Shown: positions 38,381 through 48,393, numbered from the stretch's first letter. The stretch: DNA of 64,000 nt from Candidatus Woesebacteria bacterium (GCA_021208605.1 JAJOJK010000015.1:343-64342); one strand, 5' to 3'. A program made the numbers and translations. Notes: generated from the sequence alone by a model not told the origin.

Positions 38381-39325
38381 ATGTCAATTTTTTTAGGAAA
38401 ACATTTTGCCAAGTTGCAATCAAACCTCGAGCTAAAGGATACTCACCAAGGTTTGGTTGAGCAGCGACATAATGCTGTACGAACTTATCTTGAAAATAAC
38501 TCGACAAGAACCATAGAAACAAAGCTTATTGGTTCATTGCAAAGGCAAACCAGAGTGCATCCAAGACCAGATGATGTCTTTGATATTGATATCCTGGTGA
38601 TCCTTGGCACCTTCTCAACTAGAAGTCCTTCTGGCTTGAGCTCCAACCAAGCACTTGGGATTCTTGATGAATTGCTTCAAACAAGTGACAGATATTCTGT
38701 CATGAATCCTGTTCAAGATGCTCCTACGGTAACTTTTCCCTATGGTGATGGGAAAATCAAGGTAGAACTTGTTCCCGCATACCGAGATAACATAGGTCTC
38801 TCCTTAGATGGAGCTCAATCCTATCAACAGGGCCGCTGTTATTGGGTTGCAAAAGAACATGGCTGGGAAATAGCTGACTACGACTTTGAGGCTGTTTACC
38901 TGACAGAAATGAATAAAGCCACAGGTGGAAGATTAATACCCTTTATCAAAGTTCTCAAAGCCCTAAAGCGTCATGTCCTAGATATAGAAGGACTAGATTC
39001 CGTCCACTTAGAAATACTTGCAACGGAGTTACTTCCGGGACTTGTTGCTCGTAGAATTGCAAACAACTTTCCAATCAATACACCACTACTTCTAATTGAC
39101 ATGATGAATGAAATGCAAAAATACTTGAATCAACCTATTAATTTTCAAGGATCTCACTTTCCTGATCGATATATTCGAGAGCCAGCCTTGTCATATCTAA
39201 CAAGAGCTCTACCAATTATTTCAGAAAATATGATATCTCTCTTGAACCCCAATCTGCCAGAGACTACAAGAATTGCAGGTTGGAAGGAATTATTTGGAAC
39301 CGTTTTTCCAGAGGAGGTAGAATGA
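38381..39325 (+). CDS. SMODS/CD-NTase-like nucleotidyltransferase (CBASS cyclase-like)
   Basis: Pol-beta NTase motif 'IGSLQRQT...DDVFDIDILV' plus downstream 'KVELVPAY' acidic/VPA motif. Confidence 0.55.
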   Translation: MSIFLGKHFAKLQSNLELKDTHQGLVEQRHNAVRTYLENNSTRTIETKLIGSLQRQTRVHPRPDDVFDIDILVILGTFSTRSPSGLSSNQALGILDELLQTSDRYSVMNPVQDAPTVTFPYGDGKIKVELVPAYRDNIGLSLDGAQSYQQGRCYWVAKEHGWEIADYDFEAVYLTEMNKATGGRLIPFIKVLKALKRHVLDIEGLDSVHLEILATELLPGLVARRIANNFPINTPLLLIDMMNEMQKYLNQPINFQGSHFPDRYIREPALSYLTRALPIISENMISLLNPNLPETTRIAGWKELFGTVFPEEVE

Positions 39326-39816
39326 CATTGAAAAAAAAGTTAGTTAATGAGTGCGAAGTCATTAGAGATAACTGTGAATACATTGCTGAATCACATTATC
39401 TCTCAGCAAAACGAGCAGGGAAAACAAAGTACATCTTTGAAATAATTCCTGCTGGAGCATCAGCCATCAGTGGAATTTTAACAGGGTCTGGTGTTTTTCC
39501 TGAGTGGACTATTTGGTTTTCGGTTTTTACTGCAGCCATAGCAGCAATTTCTGGCGTTCTCGATCCATCAAAGAAACACAAAGAATTCAGTACCGCAGGT
39601 CATAATTTCACAGCTTTGAAGCATAAGGCAAGATTTTTAAAAGAAATCCTATCTGAAACTATGAGAGATGAAGAGTTAACTTTGGCAACCCAATCATTGC
39701 ATGAAGAATATACCACTACTATAAAGATGAGTCCTTTAACTGAAGAAGATATGTTCAAAAAGGGCTCAGAAAAAATAAAAGCAGGTGTTCACAAACAGGA
39801 TAATCCTGTTTTTTAG
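39322..39816 (+). CDS. SLATT-like 2TM effector protein
   Basis: ATGA start/stop overlap with the NTase gene; two adjacent TM helices (IFEIIPAGASAISGILTG / WTIWFSVFTAAIAAISGVL) followed by a helical tail. Confidence 0.5.
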   Translation: MTLKKKLVNECEVIRDNCEYIAESHYLSAKRAGKTKYIFEIIPAGASAISGILTGSGVFPEWTIWFSVFTAAIAAISGVLDPSKKHKEFSTAGHNFTALKHKARFLKEILSETMRDEELTLATQSLHEEYTTTIKMSPLTEEDMFKKGSEKIKAGVHKQDNPVF

Positions 39817-39847
39817 TTTGCTGAAATTCATTTTCTCTTAACCATTC

Positions 39848-39866
39848 CTTAAGCAAATCTTAAGAT
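39848..39866 (+). promoter_or_regulatory. 19-nt box CTTAAGCAAATCTTAAGAT (two CTTAAG half-sites) upstream of the response regulator
   Basis: Exact second copy at 41578-41596. Confidence 0.5.
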
Positions 39867-39888
39867 AAAGCAGGTATACTATCTCCAA

Positions 39889-40566
39889 ATGAGGATTCTT
39901 TTAATTGAAGATGAACACAAGCTGGCTAATGCCATCAAAAGAGCTTTAGAACTTCAAAAGTACGCAGTTGATGTGGCGTACGAAGGCGAGGATGGTTTAA
40001 TTCTAGCCATCGGTGAAGAAGCCTACGATTTAATTATTTCAGACATAATGCTGCCTGGTATTGATGGTATAGAGCTTTGTCAAAAAATCAGGCAAGAGGG
40101 TATTCATACTCCGGTGTTAATGCTTACTGCAAAAGGTCAGATTCAAGACAAAGTTGCTGGACTGGATGGCGGAGCTGATGACTATATGGTGAAGCCATTT
40201 TCCTTTGATGAGTTGTTTGCTAGGGTAAGAGCTTTGATTCGCAGACCCAAAGGAGAACGTGATCCCGTGCTTAGTATTGGCGACCTCTATCTGGATCCAA
40301 TCAGTTTTAAAGTAACCAGAGCTGGCGAACCAATTGAACTTTCAACAAGGGAGTTTGCCTTAGTGGAATACCTTATGAGAAACCCCAACAAGGTGCATAG
40401 CAAAGAACAACTTATTGCTCACGTTTGGGATTATGACGCCAATGTTTTACCAGGAACAGTAGAGGTGCATATAAAAAATATCAGAGACAAGCTCGATACA
40501 CCTTTTCCAAACAAATTGATCCACACTGTTCGTGGATTTGGCTACGAAATGAGAGATAAAAGTTAA
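39889..40566 (+). CDS. OmpR-family response regulator
   Basis: 'MRILLIEDEHKLANAI...DLIISDIMLPGIDGIELC' + winged helix 'VEVHIKNIRDKL...VRGFGY'. Confidence 0.85.
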   Translation: MRILLIEDEHKLANAIKRALELQKYAVDVAYEGEDGLILAIGEEAYDLIISDIMLPGIDGIELCQKIRQEGIHTPVLMLTAKGQIQDKVAGLDGGADDYMVKPFSFDELFARVRALIRRPKGERDPVLSIGDLYLDPISFKVTRAGEPIELSTREFALVEYLMRNPNKVHSKEQLIAHVWDYDANVLPGTVEVHIKNIRDKLDTPFPNKLIHTVRGFGYEMRDKS

Positions 40567-40568
40567 TC

Positions 40569-41582
40569 ATGTTTAACCTAGCTCGACTCAAATTAACTGG
40601 TTGGTACTTGGTAATAATCTTCTTGATTAGTGGACTTTTCAGCGTAGCTTTTTATCAGACATCAACACGTGAGATTCAAAGAATCTTAACTCGTGTTCAG
40701 ATGATCGAAAAAGAGCGGCAAAGAAGATCTGGTGAGTTTCCTCTAGTCCCCCCACCAGGTGCTCCAAGCATTGAGGAGCTAGAAGCATCTAAACAACGCC
40801 TCTTTGTGAATCTAATCTTTATCAATGGATTTATCCTAGTTGTAGCAGGTGGAGCAGCGTATTTTTTGGCAGGTAAAACCCTAACTCCCATTAAAGCAAT
40901 GGTTGAAGAGCAAAACCAATTTATTACCAACTCATCTCACGAGTTGCGAACTCCAATATCCACGCTCCGTGCCGAGATGGAGGGCAGTCTACTTGAAAAG
41001 CAAATCTCAGATAAGCAAGCTCGCAAACTTATACAGTCAAATATTGAGGAGTTAGGCAAGTTGCAAAAGTTATCAGACAAACTACTACAGATTGCTAAGG
41101 TGCATAACATGTCTCAGAAAAATGGCCTTGCACTAACACCTGTATCAGAAGTGATCACTTCAGCATTAGAGCAAACCAATAAGCTAGCAAAAACAAATAG
41201 AATCACGGTAGATCTAGATACAGAAGAAGCTATTATTCAAGGTGATAAAGAAAGCCTGGTGGGATTGTTCGTTATATTGATTGAAAATGCTATCAAATAC
41301 AGTAAGCAAAACACCAAGCTACATATCACTGCCAAGAAGAAAAGTGGGACGGTGGAGATAGCTATAAAAGATTATGGCATCGGTATAACTAGTGAAGATA
41401 TACCGCACATTTTTGAACGATTCTACCGATCAGATAAGTCACGCTCACAGACAGAGGGTTTTGGTCTGGGGTTATCCATTGCTAAACAGGTAGTTGATAA
41501 ACACGGTGGTCATATTGAAGTCACGAGTATTCTGGGAAAAGGATCTACATTTACTGTTTCCCTTCCAATGGCTCAATCTTAA
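40569..41582 (+). CDS. sensor histidine kinase (2 TM, HisKA, HATPase_c)
   Basis: H-box 'SSHELRTPISTL', 'IENAIKYS...DYGIGI...GFGLGLSIAKQVV'. Confidence 0.8.
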   Translation: MFNLARLKLTGWYLVIIFLISGLFSVAFYQTSTREIQRILTRVQMIEKERQRRSGEFPLVPPPGAPSIEELEASKQRLFVNLIFINGFILVVAGGAAYFLAGKTLTPIKAMVEEQNQFITNSSHELRTPISTLRAEMEGSLLEKQISDKQARKLIQSNIEELGKLQKLSDKLLQIAKVHNMSQKNGLALTPVSEVITSALEQTNKLAKTNRITVDLDTEEAIIQGDKESLVGLFVILIENAIKYSKQNTKLHITAKKKSGTVEIAIKDYGIGITSEDIPHIFERFYRSDKSRSQTEGFGLGLSIAKQVVDKHGGHIEVTSILGKGSTFTVSLPMAQS

Positions 41583-41596
41583 GCAAATCTTAAGAT
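41578..41596 (+). promoter_or_regulatory. second copy of the CTTAAGCAAATCTTAAGAT box, at the HK stop / upstream of the exporter operon
   Basis: Identical 19-mer to 39848-39866. Confidence 0.5.
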
Positions 41597-41619
41597 TCTT
41601 TTTCTACAATACCTTGGTT

Positions 41620-43020
41620 ATGAGTAAAAATCGTTTTAAAAGTGTGGTGAAAACTGTGTCTCAGCACAAGCTGTTTACCTCACTAAAAAAATATAGTGCA
41701 GTATCTTCCTGGAAAGTTAAATTTGTTGTCCTATTACTTTTAGTAGGTGCTGTTTTTGGTGCATGGAAAGTATTTGGTACTTCTAATCAAACAGAAACAA
41801 CGTATCAAACTGAGGTAGCTGAGAGTGGGACACTCATCTCTTCTATCGCTGGGTCAGGAACTATTACCTCTGGCAACTATACTAATGTAACTACAAAGAC
41901 TTCAGGAGTAGTAACTAAAGTTTACGTAACTAACGGAGACACAGTTACTAAGGGTCAGAAAATTGCAGAAGTCCAACTTGATGATTATGCTCGTGAACGC
42001 CAATCTACAGCTTGGGTAGCATACCTTGAGGCAAAAGAAGCCTACCTAGCTGCGGTTAGTGGTAAATCAGAAGCTGATATTGCTATGTGGCAAGCAAGAC
42101 AAGATGTTGTTGATGCACAAGAGGCTTTGGACGATCTTAATGACGGTGGCGACAATCCTGCGACAGGTGAAGAGTACACCGACAGTGAACGAGCCATTAT
42201 TCCCAAGACTCTTGAGCAAAAAAGAGAAGCGTTTACTGCAGTAGAAGCTAAATATCTTAATGCTGATGCCGATATCTCAAAGGCAAGTGCCAAAGTAACT
42301 GCAGCTCTCAGAGATTACCAAGAAAACTCATCTACTATTGTTGCTCCTGCTGATGGTGAAATTACAGACCTTGCTTTAGCAGAGGGGATCATAGTGTCTG
42401 CCAGTTCAGCTACTTCCCAAACAAGCGGAGCTACCATCGTTTCTGCTCAAACCGTGGGTAAAGTAAATGACTCTGATGGTCAACTGATTGCTACAGTTAA
42501 TTTAACTGAAATAGACATAATCAATGTTAAAGCGAATCAAAAAGTAACTATCACTCTAGATGCATACGAAGACAAAACGTTTACTGGTAAGGTCATGGCT
42601 GTTAATACCAGCGGTAATATTTCTTCTGGTGTCACTTCGTATCCAGTGACCGTCCTGCTTGATCCTGTGTCTGTAGATGTGTATCCAAATATGGCGGTCA
42701 GTGTAGAAATTATTACTGATATAGCTACCGACGTTATAACTGTACCAAACAGTGCTATTCAGACTGTAGGGGACCAAAGTGTTGTTCAAGTAATGAAAGA
42801 CGGTGAGGTAGTAAATACTACTGTTGTGCTTGGTATTTCCAATGATTCTGAAACTGTTATTACATCAGGAATTAACGTAGGTGACGAGATAGTAACCGCC
42901 ACAATTACAACAAACAATAATGAGCAGGATGATGAAAGCTCACCTTTCAGCGGTAGTAGTTTTGGTGGAGGCGGTGGAGGCAGAGGTGGCTTTAGTGGTG
43001 GACCTCCTGGTGGATTTTAG
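41620..43020 (+). CDS. HlyD/MacA-like periplasmic adaptor with Gly-rich tail
   Basis: Start at MSKNRFKS; N-terminal TM, coiled-coil, beta-barrel region; C-terminal GGGGGRGGFSGGPPGGF. Confidence 0.55.
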   Translation: MSKNRFKSVVKTVSQHKLFTSLKKYSAVSSWKVKFVVLLLLVGAVFGAWKVFGTSNQTETTYQTEVAESGTLISSIAGSGTITSGNYTNVTTKTSGVVTKVYVTNGDTVTKGQKIAEVQLDDYARERQSTAWVAYLEAKEAYLAAVSGKSEADIAMWQARQDVVDAQEALDDLNDGGDNPATGEEYTDSERAIIPKTLEQKREAFTAVEAKYLNADADISKASAKVTAALRDYQENSSTIVAPADGEITDLALAEGIIVSASSATSQTSGATIVSAQTVGKVNDSDGQLIATVNLTEIDIINVKANQKVTITLDAYEDKTFTGKVMAVNTSGNISSGVTSYPVTVLLDPVSVDVYPNMAVSVEIITDIATDVITVPNSAIQTVGDQSVVQVMKDGEVVNTTVVLGISNDSETVITSGINVGDEIVTATITTNNNEQDDESSPFSGSSFGGGGGGRGGFSGGPPGGF

Positions 43021-43024
43021 ATAG

Positions 43025-43747
43025 ATGCATATGCCAAAGCCAATTATTGATGTCAGCCATTTATCAAAGATTTACAAAACAGGTGATATTGAAGTTAAAG
43101 CCTTGTCAGATGTTTCCATACAGATTCAAGAGGGTGAGTTCGTAGCTATCATGGGTTCATCTGGTTCAGGCAAGTCAACCTTGATGCACATACTAGGTGC
43201 GTTAGATAAGCCAACGAGTGGTACGTACTTCCTTGATGGTCATAATGTCGAGTCTTTGTCAGATGATGATTTGGCTGATATTAGAAACAGGAAGATTGGA
43301 TTCGTATTTCAAGCGTTTAACTTACTAGCTCGAACTTCTGCAATTGATAACGTCAAACTTCCAATGGAATATGCTGAGATTTCAGATAGTGTTCAAGAAA
43401 AGAAAGCGACTGAGGTATTAGAACGAGTCGGCTTGAGCGACAGAATGGATCACACTCCAAACAAACTCTCTGGCGGACAACAACAACGTGTAGCTATAGC
43501 CCGAGCTTTAGTCATGGAGCCCGCCATTATTTTGGCCGATGAACCAACTGGCAACATTGCCTCAACACAGGCTGAAGAAGTGATGGCAATCTTTCAGGAA
43601 CTAAATAAGCAAGGTCACACCATAGTAATGATTACTCACGAAGAAGATATTGCTGACCATGCAAAAAGAGTTATCCATTTATTCGATGGTGTGATTCGCA
43701 GTGACAAAAGTAACAAAAAACAAAAAATAGCACGGCTCAAATCATGA
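43025..43747 (+). CDS. ABC transporter ATP-binding protein (MacB/LolD-type)
   Basis: Walker A 'GSSGSGKST', signature '[15 protein letters not shown]', Walker B 'ILADEPTGN'. Confidence 0.85.
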   Translation: MHMPKPIIDVSHLSKIYKTGDIEVKALSDVSIQIQEGEFVAIMGSSGSGKSTLMHILGALDKPTSGTYFLDGHNVESLSDDDLADIRNRKIGFVFQAFNLLARTSAIDNVKLPMEYAEISDSVQEKKATEVLERVGLSDRMDHTPNKLSGGQQQRVAIARALVMEPAIILADEPTGNIASTQAEEVMAIFQELNKQGHTIVMITHEEDIADHAKRVIHLFDGVIRSDKSNKKQKIARLKS

Positions 43748-44967
43748 AGTTTTCTAAATTAGTCCTCAATGGTTTTAAGAGTTTGACCGTTAACAAAATG
43801 CGAACGGGATTAGCTGTATTGGGAATTGTGATTGGTATTGGAAGCGTGATTGCATTGGTCTCAATGGGTGAGGCTAGCAAGCTTTCAGTTCAATCACAGA
43901 TTCAATCAATTGGGTCAAATCTATTAACTATATCTCCAGGGGCACAAACAAGTGGTGGCGTTCGTGGTGCACAAGGTGGTGCTACAACACTAACAAACGA
44001 TGACGCCGAAGCAATAAAAACTTCTGCTGAGGTAACCACTGTAAAAAGTGTTTCACCAGAATACTCTAGCCGTGCCCAAGTTATAGCGGGAAGAAACAAT
44101 ACAAATAGCCAGATTGTAGGTGTTGAGCCTGCCTATGTTGATGTCAGAAAGATAGAGGTAACAGCTGGTTCTTTTATTACTGACTCACAATTAACAAGGA
44201 ACTCCAAAGTAGCCGTATTAGGACCATCTGTAGCTGAAGATCTATTTGGAGAGGGTGTTAATCCCATCGATCAGAAAATAAAAATTAACGGCAATGAGTT
44301 TCAAGTAATTGGTATTACTAAATCAAAAGGTGGAAGTGGGCCAACTAGCACTGATGACTATATTTTTGTGCCACTCACTACTGCTCAAAAACAACTTTTC
44401 GGTGCTAAGCATCTGACATCAATTGCTTTGGAAGCTACAAGTGAAAACGTGATGACTCGTGCTCAAAACCAAGTGGGCTATTTACTTTTAGCGAGGCATG
44501 GATTTTCAGATCCAAGTGAAGCTGATTTTAGAATTAGCTCTCAGGAAGATTTGCTAGAAACAATCACTTCAGTTACAGGGACATTTACTACCCTTTTAAG
44601 TGGTGTGGCTGCTATTTCCTTGTTGGTTGGTGGTATTGGCATTATGAATATCATGTTGATGTCTGTTACTGAAAGAACTAGAGAAATTGGTTTAAGAAAA
44701 GCTTTGGGTGCAAAGAAAAAATCTATCATTCAACAATTTTTAATAGAGTCAATAATTCTCACTTTTACTGGTGGTGTAATTGGTGTTGTGCTCGGTATTG
44801 CAGGTTTTTATGTATATGCTCAAGTAAATGGGTCGCAATTTGTGGTGACCGCTGAATCTGTAGTATTAGCGTTCTCAGTATCTGTAGGTATCGGAATCTT
44901 GTTTGGTTGGTATCCAGCTAATCAAGCAGCCAACCTACAACCTATCGATGCACTTAAATATGAATAA
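43744..44967 (+). CDS. ABC transporter permease (FtsX/MacB-type)
   Basis: MacB periplasmic domain plus FtsX 4-TM core; 4-nt overlap with the ATPase gene. Confidence 0.8.
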   Translation: MKFSKLVLNGFKSLTVNKMRTGLAVLGIVIGIGSVIALVSMGEASKLSVQSQIQSIGSNLLTISPGAQTSGGVRGAQGGATTLTNDDAEAIKTSAEVTTVKSVSPEYSSRAQVIAGRNNTNSQIVGVEPAYVDVRKIEVTAGSFITDSQLTRNSKVAVLGPSVAEDLFGEGVNPIDQKIKINGNEFQVIGITKSKGGSGPTSTDDYIFVPLTTAQKQLFGAKHLTSIALEATSENVMTRAQNQVGYLLLARHGFSDPSEADFRISSQEDLLETITSVTGTFTTLLSGVAAISLLVGGIGIMNIMLMSVTERTREIGLRKALGAKKKSIIQQFLIESIILTFTGGVIGVVLGIAGFYVYAQVNGSQFVVTAESVVLAFSVSVGIGILFGWYPANQAANLQPIDALKYE

Positions 44968-44997
44968 AAAAATAGTACTAAAAGGAGGTACAAAGGT

Positions 44998-45474
44998 ATG
45001 AAAAATAATATGATGATGGTGGTTGTAGTCGCCATAGTCGCCGGCGGTGCTGGTTTCTTCGGTGGCATGCAATACCAAAAAGCTAATGCCATACCAACTA
45101 GATCTGCTGGCATGAACGGTCAGTTCCAACCACCAACAAATGGTCAAGCAAGACCAGAAGGATTTGCTGGTGGCAGAAATGGCACTGGATCAGGTGGAGG
45201 TTTCAGACCTGTTAGCGGTGAAGTGTTGAGTGTAGATGGTGAAACAATCACTGTTAAGACACAGGAAGGTGACAGCAAAATAGTTGTCTATTCAGGCTCT
45301 ACAAATATCAACAAAACTTCTGAGGGATCATCTTCTGATCTTACTGTCGGTGAAAATGTGATGGTTATTGGCACAGAAGATAGTAATGGGACAGTCACAG
45401 CCCAAACAATTTCTATTGGAGGCAGTGACCTCTTTAGAGGAACTCCAGGTGGACAACCACCAGTTGCAAACTAA
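44998..45474 (+). CDS. Gly-rich secreted/membrane-anchored protein
   Basis: N-terminal TM 'MMMVVVVAIVAGGAGFFGG', G/S/T-rich. Confidence 0.4.
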   Translation: MKNNMMMVVVVAIVAGGAGFFGGMQYQKANAIPTRSAGMNGQFQPPTNGQARPEGFAGGRNGTGSGGGFRPVSGEVLSVDGETITVKTQEGDSKIVVYSGSTNINKTSEGSSSDLTVGENVMVIGTEDSNGTVTAQTISIGGSDLFRGTPGGQPPVAN

Positions 45475-45673
45475 TTAAATAGTTTTTAGAAGAACACCAA
45501 GTGGTACGTGGAAACATATTGCTACTTGGTGTTTTATTTTTTATAGTTCGGATAAAATCCCACAGGGGGAGCTACAAAATATCTTATCCGAACCTCATAG
45601 ACTTGCCCTAAAAGGCAGGTCTTTTTTGTTGTAGAATTGCCGAAGGAGAAACCTCATTTGGAAACACTCAGAC

Positions 45674-46063
45674 ATGAATCCCACTATTAAGCACCTAGAC
45701 TACACCTACAAAAAACCAGACACAGATATCTGGGTGCTTAATACAAGCGATATTCCTGTCAGTAATGAATCAATCCATGATATACAACTTGTTCATCTAG
45801 CACCTGAGAGTGTCGGTGGAAATCATAAACACCCTCGTACAGAATGGTTCATTGGCATTGGGGATCTTTTATTCATCTGGCTTGATGATGAAGGTAACAC
45901 TCATCAGGAACATATGCATCCTGATGGTCAAATCATTCTGATTACAGTTCCGCCATATTTACCTCATGCAGTAGCAAACGTATCACCAGATAAAGTCGGT
46001 ATCCTGTACGAAATGGCTGATGGGAAGATGAAAGATGTAGAGGCAGTCAAAGTATATGAATGA
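45674..46063 (+). CDS. cupin-like small protein
   Basis: 'GGNHKHPRTEWFIGIGDLLF' His-containing beta-barrel motif. Confidence 0.3.
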   Translation: MNPTIKHLDYTYKKPDTDIWVLNTSDIPVSNESIHDIQLVHLAPESVGGNHKHPRTEWFIGIGDLLFIWLDDEGNTHQEHMHPDGQIILITVPPYLPHAVANVSPDKVGILYEMADGKMKDVEAVKVYE

Positions 46064-46113
46064 TAAAGAAGTTTTACGCCAAATAAAAAAAATTTATTAC
46101 ATCGAAATATCAG

Positions 46114-46524
46114 ATGGTTTTAGCCACCTATGGTGAACATCCTTGGATCGCAACTTTATATTATTCTTCCGATGAGGAGCTAAATGTATATTTCTTGAGT
46201 AACCCAGAAACGCTGCATTGTAAACAGATTGTAGAAAATCCACATGTTGCGCTAAGTATTGCTGATTCACCACAAGAACCTTCCTCTAAGAAAAAAGGTA
46301 TACAAATTTATGGCTTAGCGGAACAAATTTCAGATTAACAGAAAATCATTCACGCCCTATCTCTTTGGAGAAAAACACTCAATGTAACCAGTGAAGCATA
46401 TACATATGAAGGGATGATGAAGAAGCTAATAGACGGCAGAATGTACAAAGTTACACCCAAAAAAATCAAGTTCTTCAATCAAGAAATTTGGGAGGAGGGC
46501 GAAGAGCCTTTTATTGAATTATGA
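46114..46524 (+). pseudogene. pyridoxamine-5'-phosphate-oxidase-like (FMN split-barrel) gene with in-frame TAA
   Basis: N-terminal 74 codons (HPWIATLYY...VYFLSNPET) end at TAA. The same frame continues a further 61 codons to a TGA that overlaps the SDR start (ATGA). Confidence 0.45.
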
Positions 46525-47249
46525 AAAACGCCATTGTCACAGGAGCAAGTACAGGAATAGGGAGAGCTACCGCCATCAAAATGGCAGAAGCTGGCTATCA
46601 CGTTTTTCTTGTGGCTCGAACGAAAGAGAAACTTGAAGAAACTGCCAGTTTGATAAAAGAAAAAGGCGGAACATCAACCGTTGTACCAACTGATCTTAGC
46701 GATTTGGACCAAGTAAATACTTTGATTCAATCAATGCAAGACCAAGCAGAATCAATTGATGCCATTATCAACATTGCTGGCATCTGGCATGGTAAAGACG
46801 AAGTATTTGCAGGAACCGATTACCAAGACTTTGACCAACAAGTAATTTTGGACACCTATACCGTAGGTTTCACTGTTCCTTCACTGTTAATTCATGGTTT
46901 GCTGCCAAAAATGGGACCAAAGTCTAAGATTGTGAATCTATCAGGAACATTTGAAAACGGTGGGAAAGGTTGGCTGCCATATTACGCCTCAAAGCGAGCT
47001 TTGGAGGATCTTACAGTTGGCTTGTCACAAGAACTGGAAGATAGGAACATTCAAGTGAATGCAGTTTCTCCTTCTGATACCGCCACCGAGGCGTATGCCA
47101 AGTATTTTCCTCAGTACATGGATGAAGCAATTAGCCCTGAAAAGATAGCTGAACAAATTGTTATGCTTTGTCGAGAAGATAACACGACAACAGGAAAAGT
47201 ATTTGTAATGAAGCAAGGCAAAGAGCCATTTGAAAGGTTTCATTACTAA
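46521..47249 (+). CDS. SDR-family oxidoreductase
   Basis: 'AIVTGASTGIGRATA' Rossmann motif, 'YASKRALE' catalytic YxxxK. Confidence 0.8.
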   Translation: MKNAIVTGASTGIGRATAIKMAEAGYHVFLVARTKEKLEETASLIKEKGGTSTVVPTDLSDLDQVNTLIQSMQDQAESIDAIINIAGIWHGKDEVFAGTDYQDFDQQVILDTYTVGFTVPSLLIHGLLPKMGPKSKIVNLSGTFENGGKGWLPYYASKRALEDLTVGLSQELEDRNIQVNAVSPSDTATEAYAKYFPQYMDEAISPEKIAEQIVMLCREDNTTTGKVFVMKQGKEPFERFHY

Positions 47250-47259
47250 GGAAATATTT

Positions 47260-48102
47260 ATGACGCAACCAAAGGCAAGAAAAGACCATATCGGCGTAGG
47301 CGTTGGAGCACTTATTTTCAACGATGAGGGTCATTTGTTGCTCACACTCAGAGGAGAAAAGGCCAAAAACGAGCGAGGTAAGTGGGAAATACCAGGTGGT
47401 GCAGTTGAGTTTGGAGAAACTATTGAACAGGCTCTCAAACGAGAAATCAAAGAAGAGTTGGATATTGAGATTGAAGTGACAGAAATGTTGCAGCTTTGTG
47501 ACCATATTATTCCTGATGAAGATCAACATTGGGTGTCACCTACTTATATTTGTAAGATCATTGATGGTGAACCCAGGAATCTAGAACCTGGAAAGTGTGA
47601 TGAAATCGGATGGTTTAGTTTAGAGGATGCTGAAAAGCTTCCATTATCTATAGTAACTAAACATGACATTGCCATTCTCAAAAAAAGAGAGCATCAAGAA
47701 AATATTGGCTGTGCAGTCATAGTCCAGGATAGAGATGGCAAGGTCCTTTTGGGAAAAAGAAAGAATGCTTACAGATCTGGTATGTATGGTTTACCAGGTG
47801 GCAGAATAGACCGTGATGAGAAAGCAATTGCTGCTGCTAAAAGAGAACTTCTCGAAGAAACTGGCCTAAAAGCTAAATCTCTTGAATATGTAGGGGTCAT
47901 TAAAGAATGGCAAGACAGCTATAACTTTATCCACTTTATGTATCTTTGTAATGATTGGGAAGGCAACGTTCAACTTGTAGAGCCAGAAAAATGTGAGAGC
48001 TGGGAGTGGTTTGATTTAGATAATTTACCAGAAGATGTGTTGCCTGGGCATTTTCAGGGAATTGAATTATTAATAAGTGAAAGTGGAATGATTGATGTCT
48101 AA
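47260..48102 (+). CDS. tandem-NUDIX hydrolase (two Nudix domains)
   Basis: Two Nudix boxes: 'GGAVEFGETIEQALKREIKEELD' and 'GGRIDRDEKAIAAAKRELLEETG'. Confidence 0.7.
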   Translation: MTQPKARKDHIGVGVGALIFNDEGHLLLTLRGEKAKNERGKWEIPGGAVEFGETIEQALKREIKEELDIEIEVTEMLQLCDHIIPDEDQHWVSPTYICKIIDGEPRNLEPGKCDEIGWFSLEDAEKLPLSIVTKHDIAILKKREHQENIGCAVIVQDRDGKVLLGKRKNAYRSGMYGLPGGRIDRDEKAIAAAKRELLEETGLKAKSLEYVGVIKEWQDSYNFIHFMYLCNDWEGNVQLVEPEKCESWEWFDLDNLPEDVLPGHFQGIELLISESGMIDV

Positions 48103-48249
48103 TATATGGTACTCACTTTATTGCACTCCCAGCAAAAGTACGAAAACAAGAACACTGCGAACCAGGTGATGCTATTGAAGTAAGCTTTGTACTCAGAAAT
48201 CGATAGTCAGTGCCACAGAACTGACACTCGAACTTATAAAAAGTTTACA

Positions 48250-48393
48250 TTAAAGATTACATTCTATTTTCTGTGTTTACATTGTGTATATACTATGGTT
48301 ACTAGTGTTTACACTACTGTTGACAGTACTCTATTGATAGTTTACATTAGAGGTTACATTAATAAAAAAATTGTTTACATTAGAGGTTGCAAT
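48250..48393 (+). promoter_or_regulatory. array of GTTTACATT-type direct repeats (including 2x TTTACATTAGAGGTT) immediately upstream of the HATPase-STAS gene
   Basis: At least five copies of TTTACA(T/C)T within 140 nt; last copy overlaps RBS GAGG. Confidence 0.4.

Larger units (their letters stand above)
29290..39816. mobile_element. integrated phage-like element (integrase to CBASS-like module); right boundary uncertain, AT-rich DNA continues to ~49.5 kb
   Basis: Serine recombinase overlaps the tRNA 3' exon. The element carries PrimPol-SF3, SpoVG-like, XRE repressor with Ltp sie, and a SMODS-SLATT pair. There is a sharp GC drop relative to the flanks. Confidence 0.5.
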
